Assembly: GCA_002269645.1 (NCBI GenBank)
Contig: NIVC01001988.1
Coordinates: forward strand, 124,001-188,000
DNA length: 64,000 nucleotides
Source: Macrostomum lignano
Taxonomy: Eukaryota
Direction: 5' to 3'
Positions 1 through 11,735 of the stretch are shown one piece after another. The translations under genes were made by a program, and so were the position numbers. How positions within the stretch are numbered: position 1 is the stretch's first letter; each line of letters starts with the position of its first letter. The notes under the pieces are model-generated. The model searched no databases. It was not told the origin of the DNA and saw only the letters and a program-made list of their open reading frames with translations.

Positions 1-1841
1 GGTTTTGGCTGTCAACCTTTGATTATGTTGATCATCATGGCGATAGCAGAGTCAGCACATTGATAGGTCTGGAGCTCCTTGGGATGTGATCTGGCAGATT
101 CAATGTTTGGCGTCTGTTGGTAGAATTAGTTGGCATGGCTTTGGCTGTGGCGGCATGGTTTGGGGTCTGGAGCTCCTTCCGCATGATCTCTACTCTGACT
201 GATTGCCAGGTTGTTAAAGAATTTGAAAGCCAATCTTTATTGGTTGCTATGGCATCACTGTCAGTAAAATTAGATTTGTTAGCAGATGAGAATGAGACAG
301 CAGAGCTGTTAGTGTCGATGTTAAATCTCACTCTTTTATTGAACACTAGATGGCGAGTGGGTTGGCAGCAGTCATCGCTGGCTGCACTGTGGTCGTGGTC
401 CTTGTTGCCTTCAGCAAGTAGATGGTCGCTCTTTAAAAGGCAACATGTCGTGCTACTAAAGCTGGTGGGCAACCTCTGCAAGTCCCTCCAAGTCAGCAGC
501 TTGTTGTCACCTTGCAGTGTTTCTGGCGGCATAGCCTCGCCATTGGACTCTGTTGGCTTTGTCGGCAACCTTTGTCAATTCTGGCGGGTTGGTTGCTTCT
601 TGCTTAGTAGAGGGCTCAGGTGGCTGCTGTTGTCACCTTCAGTGCCGCTGCGCCAGTTATTGTGGCTGTCTGCTTACTTTTCTTCTCCTCAGCTGCCTCA
701 CACTAAGCCTCCTCCATGTATTTGGTGTCATCCTTGGGCCATCTCAAGAGACCATCGGCATTCTGATGCTGACTTGACTTTCAGTGCTAGATCTCGAACT
801 TGAATTCACTGAGGCGCTATACCCATCGTCCAAAGATGCCTACTTGTTGAGTTCGTCTTAAGATCTAGGCTAATGCAGCATGATCAGTTCGGCAGATGAA
901 CTTCTTGGCCAGTTCGCCAGTAGGTATAATTGGAAGTGTCGTATCCCATCTATAGCTACTAAGAGTTGCTGTTTAATAATCAAAAGATAATAAATAAAAT
1001 TATGGTTTTATAGACAGAAATGAGCATGAATTTATAGTAATAATATTGAATAAATATGAGTATTTACAGAGCAAGAGTGTATTGTTGCATGTCATAAGTG
1101 CGAAAACCTATTGCCAATTGCTATAGTATAATGTGTTCACGTAGAATTAGAATAAAGGTTATAAATTATGTTACTCAAAGGCATGCCTTAGCATGGCCTT
1201 TCGCCACATTTTTAGGGTGACCATTGGTTAGTATAGGACTTGAAGTGATATGTAGCCTATATCTTCTGTCCTGTTGAGGATAGTGAGATAGGCTGTCACG
1301 TCGGTGGTGATTGTAGTGTCCACCATGATGTTACGGCCCATTTCTAGCAGTCTGTTATAGAAGACCATATGGCATAAGGTCATGGGCCATGTTTGGATGG
1401 CCCACACCAGGTCAGCTGTGAACATTGTGGCTATCTGTTCCGTGTGGAGCTGGGTTTCTGGAATGACTGGTAGTCTACTTGTGTAGTCTAGCATGGTGGT
1501 TGTCATTGCCCAACCACACTATAGGCAATGGCGAATGTCGCAGTGTGCAATTGTTTTGGCACAAGAAATGCAACTCCAATGGCCCTGGGTGCACAATTGG
1601 AGTTGGGGAAGGTTGCCACAAATGATACACCACACCCTGTCTTGTCAACCAAGTGGACATTGTTTAAGTTCTTCTCTTTTACCACAATCATTGTAGACCA
1701 GGTGACCCCATGCACATGTAGGCACCATGTATAGCTTGGCATCAAGGCATATTTTGCAGTCTTCTATATCTGTGGGCAAGATATTAATCATTTTCTGAGT
1801 TGCAACTAATATATTGATAAAATTCTTGGGGTGGTAATATG

Positions 1842-2011
1842 CATGCTTGGGCGCAACCTAGGGATTTACCCGGCCGTTTCTATTGGCAACACACACATAT
1901 AAGTCGCTATTGGACGGAATAGTAGTCACGTGACTGCTCTCAGCCAATAGCGACTTACATGTGTGTGTTGCCAATAGAAACGGCCGAGTGATTTCCAAGG
2001 TTGCGCATGTA
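1842..2011. mobile_element. Palindromic MITE/foldback-like element
   Basis: Arms 1851-1913 and 1944-2006 are near-perfect reverse complements around a central AGTCACGTGACT palindrome. Flanked by a 10-bp direct repeat TGGTAATATG (1832-1841, 2012-2021), a candidate TSD. Confidence 0.65.
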
Positions 2012-2879
2012 TGGTAATATGTAAGATAATTCCTTATTACGCAGAATAAGTGCAGGTAGAACTGTACAAAAGATCAGACATGGGTGTAGAGCCTTATCCG
2101 TAACTATTTTAAACAGCTTATGTTCAATTTCTTGTGGAGATAATTGTCAGAGGCTAAAACCATAGGAAGATAATAGTGTATAAGGTATTTATGTGTTTTA
2201 TGAGCAATATGTGGTATGGGCCATGTTCTAAGGCATATAATTATCGCATTTGATAGAAAAAGAGCATAAGTGAATAAATAAAGCTGCAGTTTATAGTTTG
2301 CTTGAATACATGCAAGTTTGTTGTTAACTTTAGGTAGAGGGGTGGCATTGCATATGGGACATTGGCAGAGGGAGTGAGAAGCAAGTTTCGTAACATTATG
2401 CACATATAAAATGTTGATTTAGGCAATATTGTTCTGTGCACCATGAATTGCATATGATGCATTGATGGAAGTTATCTCTATATACAGGACAAGTTTTAAA
2501 AGGTTTTTTGTAATGTGCAAAGCTTAAGCAAGAACCACAAACCTGATTTTTATTGACATATATAAGGTAGTTTATATGAAAAATCTTTGAAACAAAATTG
2601 GGCAATCCATGGTGGTGTTTCTAGAAGTTACGTGACACTTGTAGGAAAACAGGTTTAGTTGCCTCTTATGACAAGCTTGAAGAAGCTATAGTGCTATTCT
2701 TTATCCCAGTCACTACATGGGGAACAAAGCAAAAAAAATAGCTGGGTCTTTGGTTGTACATATGGCTGACAGGTGGTGCATTTGTTGTTTGTTTTGGCAT
2801 GTGCTATCGCAATGTTTGTTTGTTGTTTCTGTATAGTCTAGATTTTGTAGTTCTAGAAGGAATGTAGTGCTGTTTGTGA

Positions 2880-3951
2880 TACGTTTTAGGCATTGAATGT
2901 GAACATAGAACTGAGGTTGATGTGGATCTTGGATATTAGCAAGATGTGCCATTGTTGCTGATACTAGCGCCATTACTACTAGGAATGGTCCTTTGTATTT
3001 AAAAGTGTGCTTATGCATGTGTTGCGCAGGATAATGTAGGTAAACAATGTCTCCAACTGGTAAAGTAGATGCATAATTGCTTGTGGTAGCTACTGTCTAT
3101 TGATTTTCTAAAGTGTGTTTTGCTATTTGCCATGCCAGATGAAGCTGCGAAGTAAACTTTTGCAGTGTTGTTGGCATGTCCACATACTGAGAAGGTAGTA
3201 GTTTTTGAACTAATAAGCTTGGTGGCTAGAAGTCTCGAGAGACATAAAGAAGAATGGTGTGTTCTCTGTGGAACGGTGCACTGCGCTATTGTAGGCCATT
3301 GTTATTAACTGTAGATGTATGATCCAATCTTCAGGTTGCTTATAGACAAAGTGTGTCAACATTTCGTGTAGATTTCAATGGAATCTTTCTACCAGATTTG
3401 CTTTTGGGTTGTAGGTGGAGGTGAAAATTTTTGGATATTTAGTATTTTAGCAACCTGTTGGAATAGTTGCGACATAAATTTCGTACCATTGTTGGAGGTT
3501 AGCATCTTTGGGGTTCCATATTTATAGATGATTTCATTATAGAAGGCCATAGCAATGGTAGTGGCTGTGGTGTCAGGTAGTAGAATGGCAACAGCAAATT
3601 TTGAGAACACGTCTAGTGCCGTGAGGAAATAAATGTAATCGATAGCATGTTGTCGAGCTGGTGGTAGTGGTCCGGTAATATCAAGTGATACTGTGTCCCA
3701 TGTAGTTGTTTTCAGTACAGATTGAAGTTCCGGTTTTTGTCTTCCCGAGTCTTTGTCAAGGCGCATGAGTGGCATTGTAGACAGTACTTGCGGATGTCTG
3801 CATTCATTGTTGGCCAGAAGTAAAACTGGGCTATCCTGTAGATTGTTTTCTTGGCGGATAGATGTCTGGCTAGAGGTGTGTCGTGCAGTTCGTGTAGGAT
3901 TTTAGCACGATAGTTGTATGGTAGGTACAATCTTAGAGTATTGTTGTGCAA
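2880..3951 (-). pseudogene. Gypsy integrase fragments (Zn finger, core, GPF/Y module)
   Basis: HDTPLARH..FYFWPTM..CLQCHSC (3712-3951); VSLDITGPLP..LTALDVFSKF..YGTPKMLTSNNGTKF (3389-3775); KYKGPFLV..VH..LK (about 2880-3018). Confidence 0.85.
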
Positions 3952-4414
3952 ACAGTAAAGTGCTAGTTCTTTGAAGATGAGATTGTAGCTTTGCTGTCAT
4001 AAAAATTTCTTTTCTATCTTGGTGAGTGATTTTTTTATTTTTTCTATGTCATCGTGTATAGCTTGGTAGAAATTATCTTCTTATTGTGCTTTCAGTAGAT
4101 CTGTCATGGTCGGGATGGGGTAAATAGCATTGACTTCATATGCTCTTGATAGTGCATCTGCGGCCTTGTTTGTAGGTCCTGGTTTGTAGACAAGATGAAA
4201 GTTGTAGTCCTGAATTTTGAGGACCATTCAAATAAGTCTGTTATTTTGTTTGTCCTTTTGTTTTGATGACATGAGTCAGCAGTGCATGGTCCGTGTGGAT
4301 GATGGTTAGTAGTGGTAATCCGTATATGTAGTAATGAAACTGTCAAAGGGCAAATAAGATTGCTAGTAGTTCATATTCAGTGGTGGACCATTTTGTTTCA
4401 TTCGGCTATAGGGC

Positions 4415-5674
4415 TTAGCTAATGAAAGCAATTGGTTTTTCCTTTTTCTGGTCTGTTTCTTGGAGTAGTACAGCTCCTAAACCATTTCCTGATTCATCTG
4501 TTTCAATAATAAACAGTTTTTGGAAGTCTGGGTGTTTGAGCAGAGTGTCGCTGGTTAGTTGTTTAATTTTATCAAAACTGTTTTGCTGTTCCTTTTTCCA
4601 ATTTTCTGCCTTCCATTTGGGAAACTTCAACAACTCATATAATGGCTTTGCAGTTTGTGCAAAGTTTGGTAAGAATTTTTGGAAGTACTATGCTAATTCA
4701 AGGAATGATTGTAGTTTTGTAAGTGTTGTAGGCTTGTTGGGGAACTTCTTGACCTTTTCAACATTATTAGGGTCAGGTGAAATTCCTTGTGCTGAGACAT
4801 GATGTCCCAGATATTGGACTGAATCTCTGCAGAATTTGCACTTTGTAGGTTGTAGCTTTAGACCTTGTTTTTGAAGGAATGAAAGAGCTTGTTCCATGAT
4901 GTTCAGTAGTTGTTCAAAATTATTACTTTATTACTTTATTATTACAAAATTATTTATTAGGCGATGATATTGTCTATAATGTAGTAGATTCGTACATCCC
5001 GTTAGCATGTAGGCTATTAAGCGGCTCATTGTTGCTAAGGAGTTGGAAATCCCCATTGGACTTCTCTGATAGGTGAAGACTTCTCCCTTGTAGGTCTTGA
5101 ATGCTGTGTATTGTTTTGATTCTTCTTCAAGTTCAATTTGACAAAAGCCATGTCGTAGATCAAATACAGTGAAGAGGGTAGCTGTATTCAGTTGTGCCAA
5201 TAGTTTCAAAATCTTTGGAAGACTTTGTAGGTCTGTGGGGATGTATTTATTTAAGACTTAAAAGTCACAGACAAGTTGGTTTTCATTTGTTTTCTTCTTT
5301 TCAACTAGTAGACATGGTGATGAATATGCCGAGACTATTCTTTTAATGATTCTGGCCTTGAGCATTTTCTCAATGATTTCATCAAAATGTTGTTGCAGAT
5401 GTTTTGTGGCTAAATATGGTTTGCATTGGATGGGTTCCTGGTGGGGTAGCAGTTCGATTTTCTGTTTGATGTCACGAGCGCGACCAATTTTGTAATCATG
5501 ATGACAGAAGATGTTATTGTACTTCCAAAGTAGATCTCTGACCTGTGTTTTTTGTCCTTCCATGATTGGACTTTGCAAGAGATCAATTTGTTTCAAGAAC
5601 TGTTGCTTTGACATCCTTGTTGTTGTCGTATATTGGATAAGCATAACGGAGGCTTGTGTATTAAAATATCCCAT
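4415..5674 (-). pseudogene. Gypsy reverse transcriptase + RNase H fragments
   Basis: ORF pieces 5258-5674, 4931-5209, 4688-4897, 4415-4633 carry RT/RH motifs. The catalytic YxDD appears degraded (YIIDN). Confidence 0.85.
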
Positions 5675-5840
5675 GCAGGTTCCTGCATAGATCTTAAAGG
5701 GATGTTGGTGTGGGTTGACAATCTGTACCAGACTAGATTACAAGAATGAAAGTCATTAGTTTTTTATTTAATTGATTTTTATTTTATTGTATATGTTGTA
5801 GGGTTGTGGCTCTCAGTTTTAAAAAATCACACTGCTGCAA

Positions 5841-6068
5841 CCAAATTTGTTGTAGGCCATAGGGGTGTTTATTGATAGCTTGGTCCCGTTGCTTAGCTAC
5901 CAAATTTGTTGTAGGGGTGTTTATTGATAGCTTGGTCCCGTCGCTTAGCTACCAAATTTGTTGTAGGGCTGTTTATTGATAGCTTGGTCCCATTGCTTAG
6001 CTACCAAATTTGTTGTAGGGGTGTTTATTGATAGCTTGGTCCCGTTGCTTAGCTACCAAATTTGTTAT
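5841..6068. repeat. 52-bp tandem repeat, about 4 copies
   Basis: Unit CTACCAAATTTGTTGTAGGGGTGTTTATTGATAGCTTGGTCCCGTTGCTTAG recurs with period 52 (TGGTCC at 5881, 5933, 5985). Confidence 0.95.
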
Positions 6069-6883
6069 AGGGGGGGCAGGGGTTTCTTGGGGATTTGGGG
6101 AGAGATATTCAAATATTACTACTAGAAGGAGTATGCTTTAAAGCTATTCCTGGTGGCATGGGTGCCCGAGTGGCAAGACACTATTTCTATTCAGTCCGGG
6201 GAATATAGGTAGGGGAAGTAAGTGCTTCACGATGGATTAGAGTTGCCTGAAGAATGGTGCGCTAAAGGGGAAGTTCTTAGCAATTAATAGGGAATGCTGG
6301 CCTGAAGAACAAGTCACTTCATGGGGAATTAAGTAACTGAAAATAGGGTGCCTAAAGTTTTGGGGATAGTCAGTGGGGGGTGGCTTGGCAATCTCTATTT
6401 GGAGAGAGAAGGGTGGGCTTCGTGGGTGGCTATGCATTCAAGAGAAAGGGGAGGGGTTTCTTGGCGGAGGCCCAATCTCTTCGGGAATGCGCTTGTAGGG
6501 AGGAAGGAAGAGGAGCGACTATGCATCTCTATTATACAACTTGCCTCAGGAAAAGGAAGGAAAGATTGACAAATCTTTTATTTTGACAAATTGACAAATA
6601 ATTTCTATTTTTAGCACTGCTGTTCATTGAGTCGCCAAATAAAGCTCAAGAATAGGATAAACCTGAACAGACCAAGTTAGTTTCTCCTAGCATATATTTG
6701 CTTGCTTATTTAGCAATTTTCATCAATATGGCGTATACATTATAATAATAGTATTCAGTTTTTAAGGCAAAACAAACATAATGATTAGAAAAATAGTGTT
6801 TAAATGTTAAATAAATGTATTTAAGAGAATTACTGTATAGGCTAAATATAAAAATGAGAAAAAATGCGAGTGATTTACGTTGG

Positions 6884-7200
6884 TCTATGAAATTTGCTTG
6901 CGGAAATTTGCTTGCCAAAGTCTGCTTGCCGAGCTTTGCCTGCCGAATTTTGCTTGCCCAACTTTGCTTGCCGAGCTTTGCTTGCAGAATTTTGCTTGCC
7001 AAAGTCTGCTTGCCAAACTTTGCTTGGGGAATTTTGCCTGCCAAACTTTGCTTGCCAAAGTTTGCTTGCCAAAGTTTGCTTGCCGAAGTTTGCTTGCCGA
7101 ATTTTGCTTGCAGGAAATTTGCTTGCTGCACATAAGCTTGCCAAAGTTGGCTTGCAGGAACTTTGCTTGCCGAGATTTGCCAGCCACAGTTTTCTTGCGG
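6884..7200. repeat. Minisatellite of TTTGCTTGCC-type subunits (inverted relative to 7668-8525)
   Basis: Directly visible TTTGCTTGC/TTTGCCTGC repeats. Confidence 0.95.
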
Positions 7201-7667
7201 AACCTTAGAGAACCCATTATTGAGCTCTTGTATTTCTAATTTTTGTTTTCTAAGATTCGTGGAAGTCATCTATAGTGTTATGATTTTGTATGAGGATATG
7301 GCAGATTCGAAAAGCCCTGATGCAGAACATCGTAAGATAAGATCGTTCTTAGCTCCCATCTCTGTAGTGTAAAAGTTCCGACGTATGATCAAACTTACGC
7401 TACAAAAGCTTTATACTGCAACCCCTAAATTCTTAGAATGAAACTCTATAAGCCTAGTTTGAAAGCTCAGTGTCAAGTCAGTTTATGTTGATGCTGATAA
7501 GAATCCACTTGCAAAGCTGTAGTAAGTAATAATCTTCCTGTAGTAAGTAATAATTGACGGACCAACTTCACAAGCAATCAAAACAAGCAAGCAGACAAGA
7601 AAATATTATAATTCGGCAAGTTAAAACCTTGCAATTGTGATTGCAAATTTCTAGGAAGCAGACATCA

Positions 7668-8525
7668 AAATTCCGCAAGCAAAGTTCGGCAAGCAAACTT
7701 TAGCAAGCAGAATTCCTGCAAGCAAACTTTGGCAAGCAAAGTTTGGCAAGCAAAGTTTGGCAGGCAAAATTCCGCAAGCAAAGTTCGGCAAGCAAACTTT
7801 GGCAAGCAGAATTCCTGCAAGCAAACTTTGGCAAGCAAAGTTCGGCAAGCAAAGTTTGGCAGGCAAAATTCCACAAGCAAAGTTCGGCAAGCAAAATTCT
7901 GCAAGCAAAGTTCGGCAAGCAAAGTTTGGCAGGCAAAATTCCGCAAGCAAAGTTCGGCAAGCAAAATTCTGCAAGCAAAGTTCGGCAAGCAAAGTTTGGC
8001 AGGCAAAATTCCGCAAGCAAAGTTCGGCAAGCAAAATTCTGCAAGCAAAGTTCGGCAAGCAAAGTTTGGCAGGCAAAATTCCGCAAGCAAAGTTCGGCAA
8101 GCAAAATTCTGCAAGCAAAGTTCGGCAAGCAAAGTTTGGCAGGCAAAATTTCGCAAGCAAAGTTTGGCAAGCAAAATTCTGCAAGCAAAGTTTGGCAAGC
8201 AAAGTTTGGCAGGCAAAATTCCGCAAGCAAAGCTCAGCAAGCAAAGTTTGGCAGGCAAAATTCCGCAAGCAAAGCTCAGCAAGCAAAGTTTGGCTAGCAA
8301 AATTCCGCAAGCAAAGCTCGGCAAGCAAAGTTTGGCTAGCAAAATTCCGCAAGCAAAGCTCAGCAAGCAAAGTTTGGCTAGCAAAATTCCGCAAGCAAAG
8401 CTCAGCAAGCAAAGTTTGGCTAGCAAAATTCCGCAAGCAAAGCTCGGCAAGCAAAGTTTGGCAAGCAAAGTTTGGCAAGCAAAATTCCTGCAAGCAAACT
8501 TCGGCAAGCAAACTTCCCGCAAGCA
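7668..8525. repeat. Minisatellite of GGCAAGCAAA-type subunits with higher-order structure
   Basis: Directly visible GCAAGCAAAGTT(C/T)G and GCAAAATTC units; reverse complement of the 6884-7200 array. Confidence 0.95.
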
Positions 8526-11500
8526 AATGTTGTACTCCCAATTTATGTAGTAAAGATAAGGCATGAAAAATTAAGGCTGCTACTGAGGTGGGGCGGAGAA
8601 AGTTTTTTTCTTGGAAATTGGTTGTTTGAAATTAGTTGCTGACACCAGTGAAGTGGGGCAGACTCCACACTTGAATTGCCGCTGCATTGAGTTTGCACTA
8701 ATAAATCCAGAAAATTGTGCAGACGAATCATAATGAATTACTTTCTCCTGTTTTACTCTAACAGCCAGGTTCTCAAGTCCAGCGGGGGGTAGTTGTAATC
8801 ATAGCGGAGCGGTCGTTTAGCAGCATAGTCGTTCAAATGATAAAATACCGGAGATTCTGACACCGTAATTTAATGCGTTGACTTGTCAAAGCTTGTTACT
8901 TTCAGTAGGGTAGTTGCTGCCACCACCGTAATTTACGTATTATGGAATGATTAAGTCTTGGAGCTTTCTTTGAGCTGAGAACTTAAGGTTATTTTATGTT
9001 CTGCGGGCAAATGACTCAAGAAATGCTATGGCTTAGGTTCAGCAAAAAATATTAGGTAGTTGGAGTTTTTTGGCTTAATAATTGATTACAGGCTGGATAA
9101 ATAGAATATTATTAGTATATGGATATAAATAGTCAACCTTGACACTACGCGAGAATAAGACGGGGGTGCCAAGGCATTAAGAAAAAATGCAAGAGAAAAT
9201 TTACAAAAGCTTAAAACAAGAAAAATATAAGCAAAGAAAAGAAACAAAGAAAGAAAAGGGGAAGGAAGAGCATGCAGAAAATAATCAAGGAGCATCACAT
9301 ATATATGCAAGAGATAAATGGTGAGGCAACCATTGGAACAACGATTGGGCATAGGCATAGAGGCAAAATTTCATGCAATGGACATGTTGCGGGATGGTCT
9401 TGAATACTGGTCTAGATAAAACAAAAATAACAGGATTTCATCCAGCAATGGTTAGACAAAAAAATTACGGAGGTGGGGCACATAATTCAATGCCGCAAGT
9501 GACGACACTTCAAATAATGGAAAACACAAAATTTAAAACACGCATGCAAAAATTTAAAAAAATGAATAGTCACAAATTATTACTCAATGGCATCTCGCAT
9601 GCCACACTACATATATATATATATATATGTATATAGTTTTTTTAATTCAAAAGTTGAGTAATTAAAGAAGCTTCATTTCAATGTTTCTCATCAGAATCAT
9701 AGTCATTTCTGGGCCACTTTCTCTTCCCTTGCTGGGCCTTGCTGGTAGTGTCTCCTTGCATTTCAACTTTGTGGTGCTCTTCATGGATGTAGAGATTTTT
9801 TGCATTGGCATGCTTCCCTCTTGGCATTGGCATGCCTCCCTCTCGGCAGCATGTTTCAGTACCTAAATAACAGCAACTTCTGCATTGCATTCAGATGGTT
9901 GTCCTCTGTCCTTAGAATATATGAATCTGATTGCCTCTGCAAATTTTGGTTTGGGTGGGTCACGGGTGTTCTGTCTATACACAGATTGGGAAGGTTACCT
10001 GGAAGCCACATAGATTGGGTCCCTAAAGTGGAATGAATTAGCAATGATTATTTTTACAAGATCAAAGTATAAAATTATATTACTACTACAAGTAGGCTGG
10101 AAGCACATGTCTATTTTATTTCCTATGGCTGTAAGTTGACTGATATTCATTTTGATCAGATATCTATTTGTGATTAATTTATCAAATATAAAAACTGAAA
10201 AGGTGCTGTTGAGCTTCAATTGATTATATAAAGCTAAGGTAGTCTGGCCACAAGTCAATTTACTTGAACTCAATGGCAATTTCTTCTAGGCTTTTCTTCC
10301 TGTTTTCCTTAAAACAACATTGCCAGTGATGTCTCCATCAGGGATGCTAGCAAACCAGCCAGATTCTTCTCCTTGGAAAGCCAATGTTCTGCTTTTTTGG
10401 CTGCTATGGATAAGTATCTCATTAAGATCATTGTTGTTTGCAATAACAATAACATTGGTTGCCACCTCGTGCATGATTTCCTCTTGTTTAGCAGCTTGGA
10501 TAAGCATCTTATTAAGCTGTTTGTCATCTAAGGCATGCAATGATGCAACCTATTATTAATACTGCATATACTCACTAGGGGCCTTTTTGGTCATAGATTT
10601 GCAAAAATTACCAGACACCTTTTTGAGCGACACAGCCTCTTACTGTATTTAATTCTATGCTTATGCTGTTCAGAATCGTTTGGAAAAGAATTAAAAATGT
10701 AAAACCATGACTTTCTCAATATAATTTTGCAAACAGATAAAAATTTAATATACCAAGACTGACTTTTATTTAGATAAAGAGCAATAGAGTAAAATGATAA
10801 AAAATATACAGTGGAGAGAACAATAAAATAATGCAACTTTCTCAATAAACTGCCAGCATTTACATAACAACATAAATTAGCACAAAAATAGTTGAAAATG
10901 ATGCAAAATATATAATGCAAAACATTTTCTATTTTTATATTGACATAATATATTGCTGCATCACTACAGAAATGTTACTAATGTTATTAAAATCCAATAT
11001 GATATACATGTATCTCTACATACATTTGCATTGTGAAGGATTCTCTATAGGATGTAATTTTTGCTGACCTGAAATTATTTGCACCTTGCATCTTGGACTT
11101 TATAATATATATCACAAAACAAAGTATAATATAAACTAATACAATTTAGCTATACTAGGCCTAGTGTTGCATCTAAATAAAACAAGTCTAAAGTATAAAA
11201 AGACCTAATTTTTTCTACTTTTGAACAATAAAAGCATGTACTAATCTTAATCTGATTGTTACTACTTGAGATTTTTTTCTAAAATAAAACAGATAGCCAC
11301 TTAACAATTTAGTAAGACTATGTCAAGGTATTAAGATAAAGATGCTTTAGCTAGTATAATCAATGTATTAGGATTTATATCATTAGCTATTAATATCTGA
11401 TATATTCAACAGTCACAGTCACAAATGTCCAAGTTTGCCTAATAGTTATTAGCAATTATCAAAGGATGTTAAAATCGCTTGCTGCAGAGGCCTATTTGCT

Positions 11501-11735
11501 TTGGTTTGTTTGTTAGGAAATCAAATTTGAAGTAAAATTAAAACATTCAAGTTGCAAAAGATGGATAAGGCTGGGGATATGTTCCTGACACTGGCGGCCT
11601 TCAGTTTAAAAAAATCAAATTTTATGCTATAGCAGTGCTGATAAGTACAATGTGATGCTTATTCCGAACAGAAGTGGACAATCTAAAATTTGCAAAATCT
11701 TAAATAATTTCTCTTCAGCTTCATCAGATATCACC

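Larger units (their letters stand above)
2880..5700 (-). mobile_element. Decayed Ty3/Gypsy LTR retrotransposon pol region (RT-RNase H-integrase order); LTRs not identified
   Basis: Broken minus-strand ORFs in Gypsy domain order. RT: YSSPCLLVEKK, FTVFDLRHGFCQIEL..TAF, SPMGISNS, VQYLGHHVSAQGISPDP. RNase H: FIIETDESGNGLGAVLLQ..PIAF. Integrase: see separate entry. Many stops and frameshifts. Confidence 0.9.

Noticed and set aside
35-803. ORFs of 177 and 228 aa at the window start
   Set aside because: No recognisable motif; internally repetitive and probably decayed TE-associated sequence.
7651-8566. Long ORFs in all six frames (up to 299 aa)
   Set aside because: Translations of a stop-free minisatellite. 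The same applies to ORFs at 6706-7269, 12091-12619, 13455-15715, 16245-16739, 24899-25687, 26880-28047, 32108-32647, 47817-48627, 50559-51299, 52401-53129 and 57843-58912.
9086-10559. Short ORFs in the AT-rich region (possible transposase relic)
   Set aside because: No catalytic motif or terminal repeats could be identified.
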